Shown: piece after piece, positions 19,256-29,457 of the stretch | How the letters are laid out: each line of letters starts with the position of its first letter | Position numbering within the stretch: position 1 is the stretch's first letter | DNA from: a virus | Taxonomy: Duplodnaviria; Heunggongvirae; Uroviricota; Caudoviricetes | Direction: 5' to 3' (one strand) | Virus record (IMG/VR): IMGVR_UViG_3300020048_006428 | Location: 1-64,000 of that record | DNA length: 64,000 nt | Position numbers and translations under genes: made by a program | Notes under the pieces: model-generated | The model's database searches: none | What the model was told of the DNA's origin: nothing | The model's input: only the letters and a program-made list of their open reading frames with translations

Positions 19256-19732
19256 TTATCCAATTTTCCAAGCGTGATTAATAATCTTTCTGCGCTGCAA
19301 TGCATCATCTTGATTTCCAATAACAACACCATCTTTTATTGTAAATGCGTGTCCTTTTACAACAACAATATATGTTCCTTTTGGATATTTTTTCAAAAAC
19401 ATAGCAGTTGTCATTTTTCTCAAAGTTTTTGCGCCTTTTACAACAACATAATAGCAAAGATTTACATCATTTTTAATAGGTGTTACTTTCTTTCTATTTA
19501 TAAGAACATTGTTTTCAGACAAAAAGTTCATTCTAATTGCAAAAAATCGTGTTCCTTTTTTGTTTTTTCTTTCAAAAATTTCAGATACTTTATTATGTGC
19601 TAAATCATATGATATTTCAAATGATGTTGCAAATGCTCTAACTACACAATCATTTGATTCACTTTTAGCAAGTATAGAATCAGAAATTCCTTTAATTGCA
19701 TCTGATGATGATATATATGGTGTTGCTTTCAT
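19256..19732 (-). CDS. Hypothetical phage protein (NDCVVRA...GHAF..DG family, peptidase-like Cys/His)
   Basis: DCVVRA and HAFTIKDG motifs. Confidence 0.6.
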   Translation of the reverse strand: MKATPYISSSDAIKGISDSILAKSESNDCVVRAFATSFEISYDLAHNKVSEIFERKNKKGTRFFAIRMNFLSENNVLINRKKVTPIKNDVNLCYYVVVKGAKTLRKMTTAMFLKKYPKGTYIVVVKGHAFTIKDGVVIGNQDDALQRRKIINHAWKIG

Positions 19733-19826
19733 AATATTATATTTTTATTTAGTTATGAATTATTTTGCATTATCTACTACATAAACCAATCAGACATATA
19801 AATAGTTCCTGACTTTTAAAAAAAGA

Positions 19827-20018
19827 TTAAACTTCTTGAAAACACCAAATTGTTCCATCTTTACACCTAACAATCATAATATCGTGTTTATATTCAACAC
19901 CTTCTTCATATGATAAATGACTTAGAATAGATCGTTTGCTTTTACCACTTAATAATCTATCAGTGCCATCTATATAATCACCATTTGATTTTGCTTTCCA
20001 AGCATTATACTTTTTCAT
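19827..20018 (-). CDS. Hypothetical protein
   Basis: 63 aa ORF with GAACT-type upstream motif. Confidence 0.5.
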   Translation of the reverse strand: MKKYNAWKAKSNGDYIDGTDRLLSGKSKRSILSHLSYEEGVEYKHDIMIVRCKDGTIWCFQEV

Positions 20019-20124
20019 TTTGTTATATTTAATACTAATACAATAAATAAAACCAAAAAGTTCAAAAAATAAATAAAATGATAATTTATATTTAATATAT
20101 ACTTAAAAATATATAAATAGATAT

Positions 20125-21414
20125 ATGAGACACAATACTAAAAATAAAAATGTTCAAGATGCAAAGCTTAAATATCTTAAAACATTTGAACAGTTTGAAA
20201 TGATAAATGAAGAAGAAGGTTGGAAAGAATGGATGTTAGCTGGTCTAATGACAGTAAGTTCAATATTTGGACCTGGTAAAGCTATGGCAAATACAAGTGG
20301 TGGTCCTGGTAAAGAAATGACAACTATTACAGCCAAATCTGAAAATGCATCAAATATATTTAAAGCCAAAATTTTAAAGGGTTCTACATCAGAAGAAAAA
20401 TGTTATAATGATGTTTTGGTAAAATTTGGCTTAAATACAGAAAGTGGAAGCAGAATTTATAGAGCTAAACTAAGTGATATTGTAAAAGAAATAGGAAAAG
20501 ATAGTACAACTATATTATCAGCATTTAAACCGGCTTCTGCTAAAGACGCGGGTTTATCAGCAGATGATAAATTAATAGATGTGTTTATGATAGATGGTCA
20601 AAAAATAGTTAATGATGGATTTTTAGTTTTTGATATGTCTGATATGAATACTGAAATAATTGCATCTGGAAATGGATTATTGGCTTTAACAAGAGCAATT
20701 AGACAAGCTTCGGATTTCAAATCTTTTGATTATAAAACATTCGTTAAAATTGAATTTAATCAACCAAGGGAATCAAAAGCTATAACAATTGATTTTTCAT
20801 TTTCAAAAGAAGGATTCTACAAACAGTTGTTTTTTGCATTTGAAACTGCAATTACACCAACTTCACAATTTATTGGTGATAATACTTATGCACATATAAT
20901 GGGGGTTGATAAATTAATTGGTGCATCAGAAGAAGAAGCGGTTGAATTTATATATGGAACATTGATAAGTGGTATATTTGACTTCATACCTGGTAAATTA
21001 TATCAAAATGATGTTAAAAATTTACCTAGTTACTTAACATCAAATGGATATGAATTACCAAGCAAAGATATGATAAAAGAATATATTGCTAAATTTAAAG
21101 CAGCTGGTAAAATAGTTGATGCTGATATGACTAAATTTAATAGTTTAGTTCAAGGTCTATATCTTAAAAATTTAAGAAAATTTGCTAATGAAAATTTAGG
21201 CACAAAAGCATCAGATTCTTTAATGAATGAAGTTAAAGAATTTGTTAATAGCAATGCACAATATTCAAAGTGGGAAACAAAATTAGCAGGAACAAGAGCA
21301 CATGCTTGGAATGCTAAAAAAACAGGCGAAAAGCAATATAGAGCAGGTGTTTCTGATACAGAAACTGATGGTAAAACATATAGAATAGGTGAAAATAAAA
21401 AATATAGAAAATAA
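20125..21414 (+). CDS. Putative internal virion protein with LKYLKTFEQF..INE motif and signal-like segment
   Basis: Late motif upstream; motif followed by WKEWMLAGLMTVSSIFGPGKAMA. Confidence 0.6.
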   Translation: MRHNTKNKNVQDAKLKYLKTFEQFEMINEEEGWKEWMLAGLMTVSSIFGPGKAMANTSGGPGKEMTTITAKSENASNIFKAKILKGSTSEEKCYNDVLVKFGLNTESGSRIYRAKLSDIVKEIGKDSTTILSAFKPASAKDAGLSADDKLIDVFMIDGQKIVNDGFLVFDMSDMNTEIIASGNGLLALTRAIRQASDFKSFDYKTFVKIEFNQPRESKAITIDFSFSKEGFYKQLFFAFETAITPTSQFIGDNTYAHIMGVDKLIGASEEEAVEFIYGTLISGIFDFIPGKLYQNDVKNLPSYLTSNGYELPSKDMIKEYIAKFKAAGKIVDADMTKFNSLVQGLYLKNLRKFANENLGTKASDSLMNEVKEFVNSNAQYSKWETKLAGTRAHAWNAKKTGEKQYRAGVSDTETDGKTYRIGENKKYRK

Positions 21415-21449
21415 AAAAAAATTCCCACTATTTAGTGGGAATTTTTTAT

Positions 21450-22016
21450 TTATCTCATTGTGATAGCGTCTTTTATATCAACAACCACCCATTCCTTTTT
21501 ATATGGATTAAATTGCATAAAAGTAATATGATTATACTTAACAAGTTTATCAAAATCATCACTACTATTTATTTCTTTATAAAAAGTAATATTAGGAAGA
21601 ATAATTTTTTCCCCTTTTACATTAAATTTTGTTAGGTATTCTTCTTTTTTTACCAATTCATAATAGTTACAAATAGAATCATATACAACAAAATCAAAAT
21701 CATTATTCATAGAATCTAAATAAACGCATTTCAATGTATCTGATTTTATTGTATCAAAAACTTCAACTAAAGAAAGTTCAACCAAATTAGGTCTTTCGTT
21801 TATAAAATAAGAATTTACTGCATCATCTGTTTCCAACCATTCATCATCATCAACTTTTTCAACAAATTTATTTGTTATAAAAATAGTATCAATGTCATAA
21901 ACTTTAATATATTCTTTTTGTCCAGTCCCAATAACATCAATTTCTACTACAAATTGTGCAAAAGTTGAAAAAACAATAGTAAAAAAGAAAGCAACTGTAA
22001 AGATAAGATTTTTCAT
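21450..22016 (-). CDS. Secreted protein
   Basis: Signal peptide MKNLIFTVAFFFTIVFSTFA followed by Gln (Bacteroidota-style). Confidence 0.6.
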   Translation of the reverse strand: MKNLIFTVAFFFTIVFSTFAQFVVEIDVIGTGQKEYIKVYDIDTIFITNKFVEKVDDDEWLETDDAVNSYFINERPNLVELSLVEVFDTIKSDTLKCVYLDSMNNDFDFVVYDSICNYYELVKKEEYLTKFNVKGEKIILPNITFYKEINSSDDFDKLVKYNHITFMQFNPYKKEWVVVDIKDAITMR

Positions 22017-22166
22017 AGTTGTAGTTTTATTTTTATGTCATTGAATAACTAATAAACCAAAATGTAATCCAAATAGTTCATCACTTATATATAATTTTTC
22101 AAAATCATATTTTAGTAATATTAAATTACAATAACTACAACCAATCAAATATATTAAAAGTTCAAT

Positions 22167-22550
22167 TTAATTTGTTTCAAATTTTAAATTTGTTCTACCT
22201 ATAATATCATCTATATAATCTCTTAGATCTTTTTCGGTTTCTCCACCTATATTAATTTTATCACCACATACTAATGATATTTGTATATATGGTTTGGTTA
22301 CAACTCTACTGTTTATTCGTTCATTATTATCATAAATCTTATAACCATATCTTAATAACTGTTCTTTTGTAGATATTTCACCTCTATTTAAAAATCCACT
22401 TTTATTTCCTTTTTTTGTAAAAAGCCCAAAAAAGTATTTTTTATCAGGAATTTCATCAACCCAAACATAACAGGCATCTTTTTCTTTAATAAATTTAATA
22501 TGTGTTATTTTAAATGGGTCAAAATATTCTATAACTTCATTATTTATCAT
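22167..22550 (-). CDS. Hypothetical protein
   Basis: 127 aa ORF. Confidence 0.5.
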   Translation of the reverse strand: MINNEVIEYFDPFKITHIKFIKEKDACYVWVDEIPDKKYFFGLFTKKGNKSGFLNRGEISTKEQLLRYGYKIYDNNERINSRVVTKPYIQISLVCGDKINIGGETEKDLRDYIDDIIGRTNLKFETN

Positions 22551-22812
22551 TTTCTTCTATTTTTTTTATTTCTTGTTCGATTTTTTCTAATTCAAGTGCT
22601 AAATTATGTGCTTGTATAGGACTACCTGGACTCTGTAAGCTGTTTATTATAATAAACTTTCTTCTTTTTAATTCAGATTTTCTATCTTTTGGTTTAAAAA
22701 ATTTTGATATAAATATTGTGTCATCTATACCAAATAATATGTAAAATATAATATCTGACAATAAATATATTGAACAAATAAATAATGGAATTATTAATAT
22801 AATTTGTATCAT
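22540..22812 (-). CDS. Small membrane protein
   Basis: N-terminal hydrophobic helix, basic/coiled-coil tail. Confidence 0.5.
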   Translation of the reverse strand: MIQIILIIPLFICSIYLLSDIIFYILFGIDDTIFISKFFKPKDRKSELKRRKFIIINSLQSPGSPIQAHNLALELEKIEQEIKKIEENDK

Positions 22813-23132
22813 TCTAGAATTGATTTAATTTTTAGTTCTCTTAATTTAATATTTTTTTCTTTTTTAAGAAAAGGTATATTTTCTGATATATCAATTAAAA
22901 TTAGCCTTAATATAAAATTAATATTTTTTTCTAAAGAATACACTAATATATAATAATTTAAATATTTATCTTTTAAATATGATATAACTTCTTCAATATT
23001 TAGAAATTGTTTATTAAAAACATAATGCTCCTTATAATAAGGAGATGCAATACCATATAATATATTAACTCTTGGCATTGTTAAAAACAAATCAACAATA
23101 TCTAAATCTTTTAATATTTTAATATAATCCAT
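22809..23132 (-). CDS. Hypothetical protein with LRELKIKSIL tail (start re-assigned to 23132)
   Basis: First in-frame ATG (MDYIK); shared C-terminal motif. Confidence 0.5.
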   Translation of the reverse strand: MDYIKILKDLDIVDLFLTMPRVNILYGIASPYYKEHYVFNKQFLNIEEVISYLKDKYLNYYILVYSLEKNINFILRLILIDISENIPFLKKEKNIKLRELKIKSILE

Positions 23133-23261
23133 ATTAAATATATTATTTTTAAGTATTTTGTTTATTTTTAAGATTAAAAATATGATATATATAATTAATG
23201 TGTTCAAAACATAATTAATCTGTTTTATATAAGTATAAACAGATTAAAAAAAAAATTACAT

Positions 23262-24113
23262 ATGTCAAGATTAAAAAGAACAAACGTTCAAAGCATTACA
23301 ACTTATAGTAAATTAGTTGAATTATTAAGAGATTTCTTTAAAAACAAAGGATTTTTAGAAGTAGCAACTCAACCAAATTTAACAATTTTAGCAGCTTGTG
23401 AAAATCCACATTCTATAACTACTTATAATTATTGTGGACAAGTATGGCCGTTACCACAAACTGGTCAAATGATATTAGAAGAAGTCTTATTATTAAATCC
23501 TGAATTACCTGGTGTTTTTTGTATTTCTACTTCATATAGACAAGAAAAGGATCCAATTCCAGGAAGACACGAATTAATATTCCAAATGTTTGAATTTGAA
23601 TCAAAGGGAACAATGGAAGATATGATTAAAATGGAAGAAGAACTACTAAAATATTTGGGCTTTGATAATATGATTGAAGTAAACTATGATGATATTTGTG
23701 AAGAATATGGTGGGGTTTCTATTCTTGAAGATGAACATGAGTATAGAATGTGGAAAGAAAAGGGTAGTGTCATATCACTACAAAATTTCCCCTATCGCAC
23801 AAACCCATTTTGGAACATGAACTGCAAAGGAAATGATTTATTTTCTAAAGTTGATGTTATCCTATATGGACAAGAAACAATTGGATCTGCACAAAGAAGT
23901 ACAATTGTAGAAGAAATGAAGAATAATTTTTATACCATTGAAAATGGTAAATATTGCCAAAAATTATTTGATCTTTTCGGTAAAGAAAGAGTTGAAGATG
24001 AATTAGAACAATTTTTATCATTGGATTTTTTTCCTAGATATGGTGGTGGAATAGGATTGACAAGATTAGCACGAGCCTATGAACTATTACAAAAAGAATT
24101 ACAATTAAATTAA
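23262..24113 (+). CDS. Class IIb aminoacyl-tRNA synthetase-like protein, catalytic domain only
   Basis: Motif 1 RDFFKNKGFLEV, motif 2 SYRQE...RH...FQMFEFE, motif 3 GGGIGLTRL; no N-terminal OB anticodon domain. Confidence 0.85.
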   Translation: MSRLKRTNVQSITTYSKLVELLRDFFKNKGFLEVATQPNLTILAACENPHSITTYNYCGQVWPLPQTGQMILEEVLLLNPELPGVFCISTSYRQEKDPIPGRHELIFQMFEFESKGTMEDMIKMEEELLKYLGFDNMIEVNYDDICEEYGGVSILEDEHEYRMWKEKGSVISLQNFPYRTNPFWNMNCKGNDLFSKVDVILYGQETIGSAQRSTIVEEMKNNFYTIENGKYCQKLFDLFGKERVEDELEQFLSLDFFPRYGGGIGLTRLARAYELLQKELQLN

Positions 24114-24156
24114 AAATAGGGGATTATTCCCCTATTTTTTTTAATATATAGTTAAT

Positions 24157-25797
24157 ATGAAAAACTTATCAAATTATAACGAATTTTCTTTGAAAGAATC
24201 TATATTATATCTTTCACCCAATCTAAAAAATAAATTAAAAAAAATAGATAACCCAATATCAAATGATATATTGGGTGTTGAAGGTGTTGATATAAAAGAT
24301 GATGTTACATTTTTGGATTTTGAAAATGATGGATATTTTTCTTTTTCAAAAATGAAAAATATTAAAAACATAGCATCTAATATGGATGAAACTGATTTAT
24401 TAGAAAATCCAATGGTTTCTATAGCTGACCAATATTATAAATCAGGTTCTGAAATATGGAAAAAATCAAGAAATCCAATAAAAGTTGGTAGATTAATAAA
24501 TTTATTGTTTCCAAATAAATATAAACCAAATGATATTGAAGTTTTTACTAATCAATATAAATCAATTGGTGAATTTGAAGAAGAATCAATAATTGTTGTT
24601 GATGGTGAAGATATAAAATATTGGTATGATCAAGATAATTATTATATTAATCCGAATACTGGTAAAGTAGAAGGTACACTTGCCAATTCTTGTATGAGAT
24701 ATAAAAATTGCCAACGGTATTTTGAAATCTATATTAAAAATCCTGAAGTTTGTAAGTTGGTATGTGTTATTGATAATAATGAAAATAAATTAAAAGCAAG
24801 AGCTTTGTTATGGAAAACAAATCAATCAGAAAAATGGCTTTTAGACAGAATTTATTATGTTTCTGATGAATATAGTACCATATTGCAAAATTATGCAGTA
24901 GATAATAATTATGATTATAAAGGTAAAACACGTGGATATAAAAGTGTATCTGTTAAAGATATTAGTTATGAATATTACCCATATATGGACACTTTTTTTA
25001 GATATGATAATAATGGCTTATTAGATAATTCAGAAGACAAAGAATATGGATATTATAGATTACAAAGCACTGGTGGTGATTATGAAGAAATGAATAGTGG
25101 GGTTTATTCAGAATATGAAGGTGATTATATTGATGAAGATGATGCTGTTTATTCAGAGCATCTTAATAGTTATTTATATGGAAATAGGTCTGTATATATA
25201 GAAAGAGGTAGACATTCTGATTGGTATCCAGCTGATTCTGATAACATAGTTAGAACATTTAATAGCTATATACATATAGAAGATGCTACTTGGTCTGAAT
25301 ATGAAGGTGAATATATACATCAAGATGTTGCAGTTAGAATGATTTCTGATATTTATATTAATGGGAATTGTCCACAAGATTATGAATGTTGTTATGTAAG
25401 TGATAGTAATTCTGATTTTATAGCATTTCATAAAATAGTTAATAGTGATTATTTCATTGATTATAAAGAAAATTGGGATGATTATGATGGTGTTTGCGAT
25501 GACCTTGTTACAAGAAATTCACAATATAAATATATCATTAAAATGTTTGCAATACCAGTATATAGAACAATTGATTATTCAACTGAATTTTTATCAGAAA
25601 TTGATTCCTTAGTATTAAATGTTAATATTGATAAGTCAGAAAGTAGAATAATTGATGTAGTAACATATCATAATAATTTGGGACCACAAAAAGTAGAACA
25701 ATTATTAGAAATATATAATTCTTTAGAAGATAATGGACAAATAACAAATGAACAGATAAAAAGAAGAAACTTGTTGATAGATTTTGAAATAAAATAA
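24157..25797 (+). CDS. Hypothetical protein, SCMRY/ARALLW/DRIY/YPYMDTF family, with leader
   Basis: Paralog of 56604-58112 and 61401-63110; leader MKNLSNYNEFSLKES. Confidence 0.65.
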   Translation: MKNLSNYNEFSLKESILYLSPNLKNKLKKIDNPISNDILGVEGVDIKDDVTFLDFENDGYFSFSKMKNIKNIASNMDETDLLENPMVSIADQYYKSGSEIWKKSRNPIKVGRLINLLFPNKYKPNDIEVFTNQYKSIGEFEEESIIVVDGEDIKYWYDQDNYYINPNTGKVEGTLANSCMRYKNCQRYFEIYIKNPEVCKLVCVIDNNENKLKARALLWKTNQSEKWLLDRIYYVSDEYSTILQNYAVDNNYDYKGKTRGYKSVSVKDISYEYYPYMDTFFRYDNNGLLDNSEDKEYGYYRLQSTGGDYEEMNSGVYSEYEGDYIDEDDAVYSEHLNSYLYGNRSVYIERGRHSDWYPADSDNIVRTFNSYIHIEDATWSEYEGEYIHQDVAVRMISDIYINGNCPQDYECCYVSDSNSDFIAFHKIVNSDYFIDYKENWDDYDGVCDDLVTRNSQYKYIIKMFAIPVYRTIDYSTEFLSEIDSLVLNVNIDKSESRIIDVVTYHNNLGPQKVEQLLEIYNSLEDNGQITNEQIKRRNLLIDFEIK

Positions 25798-25836
25798 AAA
25801 AAGAGGCATTAGCCTCTTTTTTTATTTTAAATATAA

Positions 25837-26484
25837 TTATTTATTTGCTATTAAACCTCTTAGATCTTTGTTATAATAAAGCATTTCAGTTTTTGCTAAT
25901 CCTTTGGATCCACCAGAATACATAATAAGTGCCATATACCAAGATTCCTTTTCATTTAAACCCCTATTACAATATATATCAAATGCATATTTTAAAACAT
26001 AAGCACCAACTTTAATATTATTAACTTCATTGTGTATATTTTTAATATTTAGCATCTTAGAAAAAATATCAAATGTTGATGGTAATACCTGACAATAACC
26101 AAATGCACCGGTTCCTTGTGTGTTTTCTATAAATTCAAATCCTGATTCATGATCAATCAATCTGAAAAATATAGAATATGGTATGTCATATTTTTCTATT
26201 TCATCAATTATCGTGAAAAATATTTCATCTGATAATTTGGACAATCCTTTTGGATTTTTTAAATGACAAGTGCTTATTATCCTATATTCCAAATAATCCC
26301 GAAATTCGGTTTGTTTTTTAATAGATACTAAATCATCGTGTTTTTTATCCAATTTCCCTTTTGTGATATGCAACTCAGTCCTTAGACTATTTACAATATT
26401 TTCATTGTGATATACATAATTGCTAAATAATAGTATACTTGTTATCCAAATAACAATTGAAATTAATTTTCTTGATTTTAACAT
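25837..26484 (-). CDS. Lytic transglycosylase (SLT domain), membrane anchored
   Basis: LIDHESGF, GAFGYCQVLPST, NIKVGAYVL motifs; N-terminal TM. Confidence 0.8.
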   Translation of the reverse strand: MLKSRKLISIVIWITSILLFSNYVYHNENIVNSLRTELHITKGKLDKKHDDLVSIKKQTEFRDYLEYRIISTCHLKNPKGLSKLSDEIFFTIIDEIEKYDIPYSIFFRLIDHESGFEFIENTQGTGAFGYCQVLPSTFDIFSKMLNIKNIHNEVNNIKVGAYVLKYAFDIYCNRGLNEKESWYMALIMYSGGSKGLAKTEMLYYNKDLRGLIANK

Positions 26485-26499
26485 AATTAATAATTTTTT

Positions 26500-27228
26500 T
26501 TACCTCAATTCCACAAATTCATTTATATCAACTAATATATGAGAACAGTTTCCCATTAAGGTTGTGTCGCTTTTATGGAAATGCCCATAAAAGTGTTTTG
26601 TAATATTATTATTACTTTTTAATTCATTAAAAATTTTACTCATTAAAGCTCTTTCTTCTTTCAACTCACTAATAAGACTACTATCACTATCAGCAAAACT
26701 TTCAACAAATCTACCAACACCAAATTTATTATCTGGTGTACACCAATCTGGAGCAGTATGTGTTATTAATACATCAATATTTCTTACATCTTTAATGAAG
26801 TCTTCATTATACACAATTTTTTCAGTTATCCAATAACATCTGCTCTCAATTCCGTATCTTATATTAGATGTGTTTTCTAATATTCTAGACTTTCTATCTA
26901 TGGATATTGCACCACCAATTAAAAGAATATTGATTTCATCTAATTTTAATACAGTATAATCAGGAACTAACTCTAAATTGCTAAATTTAACACTACCATC
27001 AAAAAAAGATGGATTGTCGTGATTTCCCCTTATTGCATACATTATTATTTTAGCGTTTTTTAGAAAGGTATTAAAACTATCAAGAATATCCATATCCTTT
27101 TCATAAGAATTAAAACCTATTCCAAAATCACCAACCTGAATAATATAACAATCACTTATTTTATACCTGTTAATATAAGTCTTTATATAATTGAAGTTTC
27201 CATGTATGTCACCTAATACTAATATCAT
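26500..27228 (-). CDS. Calcineurin-like metallophosphoesterase
   Basis: GDIHG, GDFG, GNHD, ITH, GHFH. Confidence 0.9.
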   Translation of the reverse strand: MILVLGDIHGNFNYIKTYINRYKISDCYIIQVGDFGIGFNSYEKDMDILDSFNTFLKNAKIIMYAIRGNHDNPSFFDGSVKFSNLELVPDYTVLKLDEINILLIGGAISIDRKSRILENTSNIRYGIESRCYWITEKIVYNEDFIKDVRNIDVLITHTAPDWCTPDNKFGVGRFVESFADSDSSLISELKEERALMSKIFNELKSNNNITKHFYGHFHKSDTTLMGNCSHILVDINEFVELR

Positions 27229-27332
27229 AACGTCTGTTTTTTATATATTAAAAAATGCTATTTCCCTATATACAACAAGAAGATGTATTTTTTAGTTCAA
27301 AAAAATAACATCACTTTTATGTGATGTTATTT

Positions 27333-27494
27333 TTATTTTAACACATATACATCTTCATAAGTTTGTATGTTTCCTAAATGTCTATTACCATACCAACTAC
27401 CATTTCCCTTACAAGCTTTCCTTTTTTTCATTGCTTTATTTCCACAAGAAGATAATAATATTGTAATTATTGCTAAGTAAATTATATTTTTCAT
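27333..27494 (-). CDS. Small lipoprotein (not in ORF track)
   Basis: MKNIIYLAIITILLSSC lipobox, 53 aa, ends at terminator 27301-27334. Confidence 0.65.
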   Translation of the reverse strand: MKNIIYLAIITILLSSCGNKAMKKRKACKGNGSWYGNRHLGNIQTYEDVYVLK

Positions 27495-27548
27495 ATTTAA
27501 TATTTATAAGATTTAATATATATATGAAAATAAATATAAAAGTTTAAT

Positions 27549-28031
27549 ATGAAAAATATAAAAACGTTTGAACAGTTTAAAAATGAAGAAGTTTCTTGGA
27601 AAAATATGTTAACAGGTGCTGCGCTTGGTGCTGGTTTAGCATTTGGAACACCTAAAGCAACTGGTCAAGAAGTAAATCCAATTGAAGTAAGTGGATCATA
27701 TGGTGTTGATGATATAGAAAATGCTGAAGGCAATCCAATAAAAGATAAAGAACTATTAAATAAGTTTAGAGATTTATTAAACGATGATAGATTGGAAGAA
27801 AGTGGAAGTTATGTATTAGTTGATGCTATGGAACTTAAAGATGATTATAGTAATATCTATGCAATTAAAGTAAGAAAACAAAATGTTGGACCTGGTCAAG
27901 GTGAATTTACAGCATATATAAACAAAGAAGATTTTGATAAATATCTACAAACAAATGTAATTGATCCAATGATAACTTATCAATTTAAAGAAATTAAACC
28001 AATTCCAGATCAAAAAAAATTCGGATTATAA
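27549..28031 (+). CDS. Hypothetical protein, leader plus signal-like segment
   Basis: MKNIKTFEQFKNEE then WKNMLTGAALGAGLAFG. Confidence 0.6.
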   Translation: MKNIKTFEQFKNEEVSWKNMLTGAALGAGLAFGTPKATGQEVNPIEVSGSYGVDDIENAEGNPIKDKELLNKFRDLLNDDRLEESGSYVLVDAMELKDDYSNIYAIKVRKQNVGPGQGEFTAYINKEDFDKYLQTNVIDPMITYQFKEIKPIPDQKKFGL

Positions 28032-28065
28032 TAAAAGACAACCAATATATTGGTTGTCTTTTATT

Positions 28066-29139
28066 TTATGCAAAAGTATTTAACCTTTTCATAAATATTT
28101 CCTTTGCTTTTGCTGAAATATATTTGTTTACTTCTTTTGGTTCCAAACCATTATTTATCATAGTATCAGTTTCTTCTTTTATTACATCATTTGTAACCCA
28201 ACGAAGAACATCACCCATTTTTTTGATATCCAATGGTGTATTATTTGGAAAAATGTTTTCAATAGCCTGATTAACTCTATTTTCTGTTACTGCATATTCA
28301 ATAAATTCATTTATTGATTCCAACTTTTCAACATCAACTGAAACAATTTTCTTACTGTTTGAAACTGAATGTAATTCACCTTTAGATTTAAATCTATGAA
28401 CAATACCATCTACTTCACAAGAAAATACAATTCCTTCTCCAACACCACTTATACCAAATTCTTTAGACACAGGACATTCTTTTTCAACTTCCATAGTCAA
28501 TTCAATAATGTGATCTTCAATCAATTTTGGATTATTAAAATCTATATCAACACTAAATGTTTTATAATCTAATATATTATAAATCCTTGATTCTGGCATA
28601 CTTAAACCACTATGATCAACCCAATAAGCGTTAGGTTTATTCAAACCTTTTTCACCATTCTCAACATCTTCATCAACTGAATTAAAAGGTGAAATTTTAA
28701 CACCAAAAATAAACATAGATTTTGGCATTTCATTTACTGCTACGTTCTTTTGGATGCCTTTTCCTGCCCATTCACCATAAATAGAAATTGTATTAGTATC
28801 CAAATCTATATTTTCTCTTTTTGTAATAATATCAACCAAAGATTTAAAGTTTTCTTTATTTGCTTCAACAAAAAAAGCAAATCCTGCGTTATCTTTAATT
28901 GGTGTAATTATATTTTCTCTTGACTGCGACCACATACCAGAAATGTTGTTATAACTAACACAAGAATTCGTACCATGTAGTTTTACAGTACCTTTAAAAG
29001 TTAAAGTTGGTTTTGGCATTGATGTATCATAAATAGCATCACCATTTTCATCAAGACCAACAAAATTATAACGTCTATTAATATTAAACACAATAGATCT
29101 AAATGGTTCAATACTTGGAAAAGCAATTAATTTTTTCAT
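28066..29139 (-). CDS. RNA ligase, Rnl2 family (start likely 29139)
   Basis: KLHGTN motif I, SR, YGEW, EGIV, FKSK nucleotidyltransferase motifs. Confidence 0.85.
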   Translation of the reverse strand: MKKLIAFPSIEPFRSIVFNINRRYNFVGLDENGDAIYDTSMPKPTLTFKGTVKLHGTNSCVSYNNISGMWSQSRENIITPIKDNAGFAFFVEANKENFKSLVDIITKRENIDLDTNTISIYGEWAGKGIQKNVAVNEMPKSMFIFGVKISPFNSVDEDVENGEKGLNKPNAYWVDHSGLSMPESRIYNILDYKTFSVDIDFNNPKLIEDHIIELTMEVEKECPVSKEFGISGVGEGIVFSCEVDGIVHRFKSKGELHSVSNSKKIVSVDVEKLESINEFIEYAVTENRVNQAIENIFPNNTPLDIKKMGDVLRWVTNDVIKEETDTMINNGLEPKEVNKYISAKAKEIFMKRLNTFA

Positions 29140-29377
29140 ATTTTTATTTAATTTTAATTTATACAAACAGCATTAGTGTCATTTTCATCCAATTCTTCAT
29201 AATTTTCAACATCAACGAAATTTCTTTCGTCTGGATCAAAACATTATATATATTCATTAAGTTTAAGTTTTTCCACTTCATTAAATAAACCTCTTTCTAT
29301 TAAGAAATATGTATTATGCCTTTTTTTATATGGTATTTTCAAACTATTATAATAAATATTCATTTTATAAATTTTAA

Positions 29378-29409
29378 CAAAGATAAAGATAATATTTTAT
29401 ATAAACAAA
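29378..29409 (-). promoter_or_regulatory. Bacteroidota-type promoter upstream of RNA ligase
   Basis: TTTG (29406-29409), 20-nt spacer, TATCTTTG (29378-29385). Confidence 0.6.
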
Positions 29410-29457
29410 TTTTAATATATACTTTTATGGAAAAAAATATTTAAAAAAAAATAAACT

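Noticed and set aside
29157-29363. Broken ORF upstream of RNA ligase as programmed frameshift
   Set aside because: Two short frames without a slippery site or recognisable product; more likely a remnant
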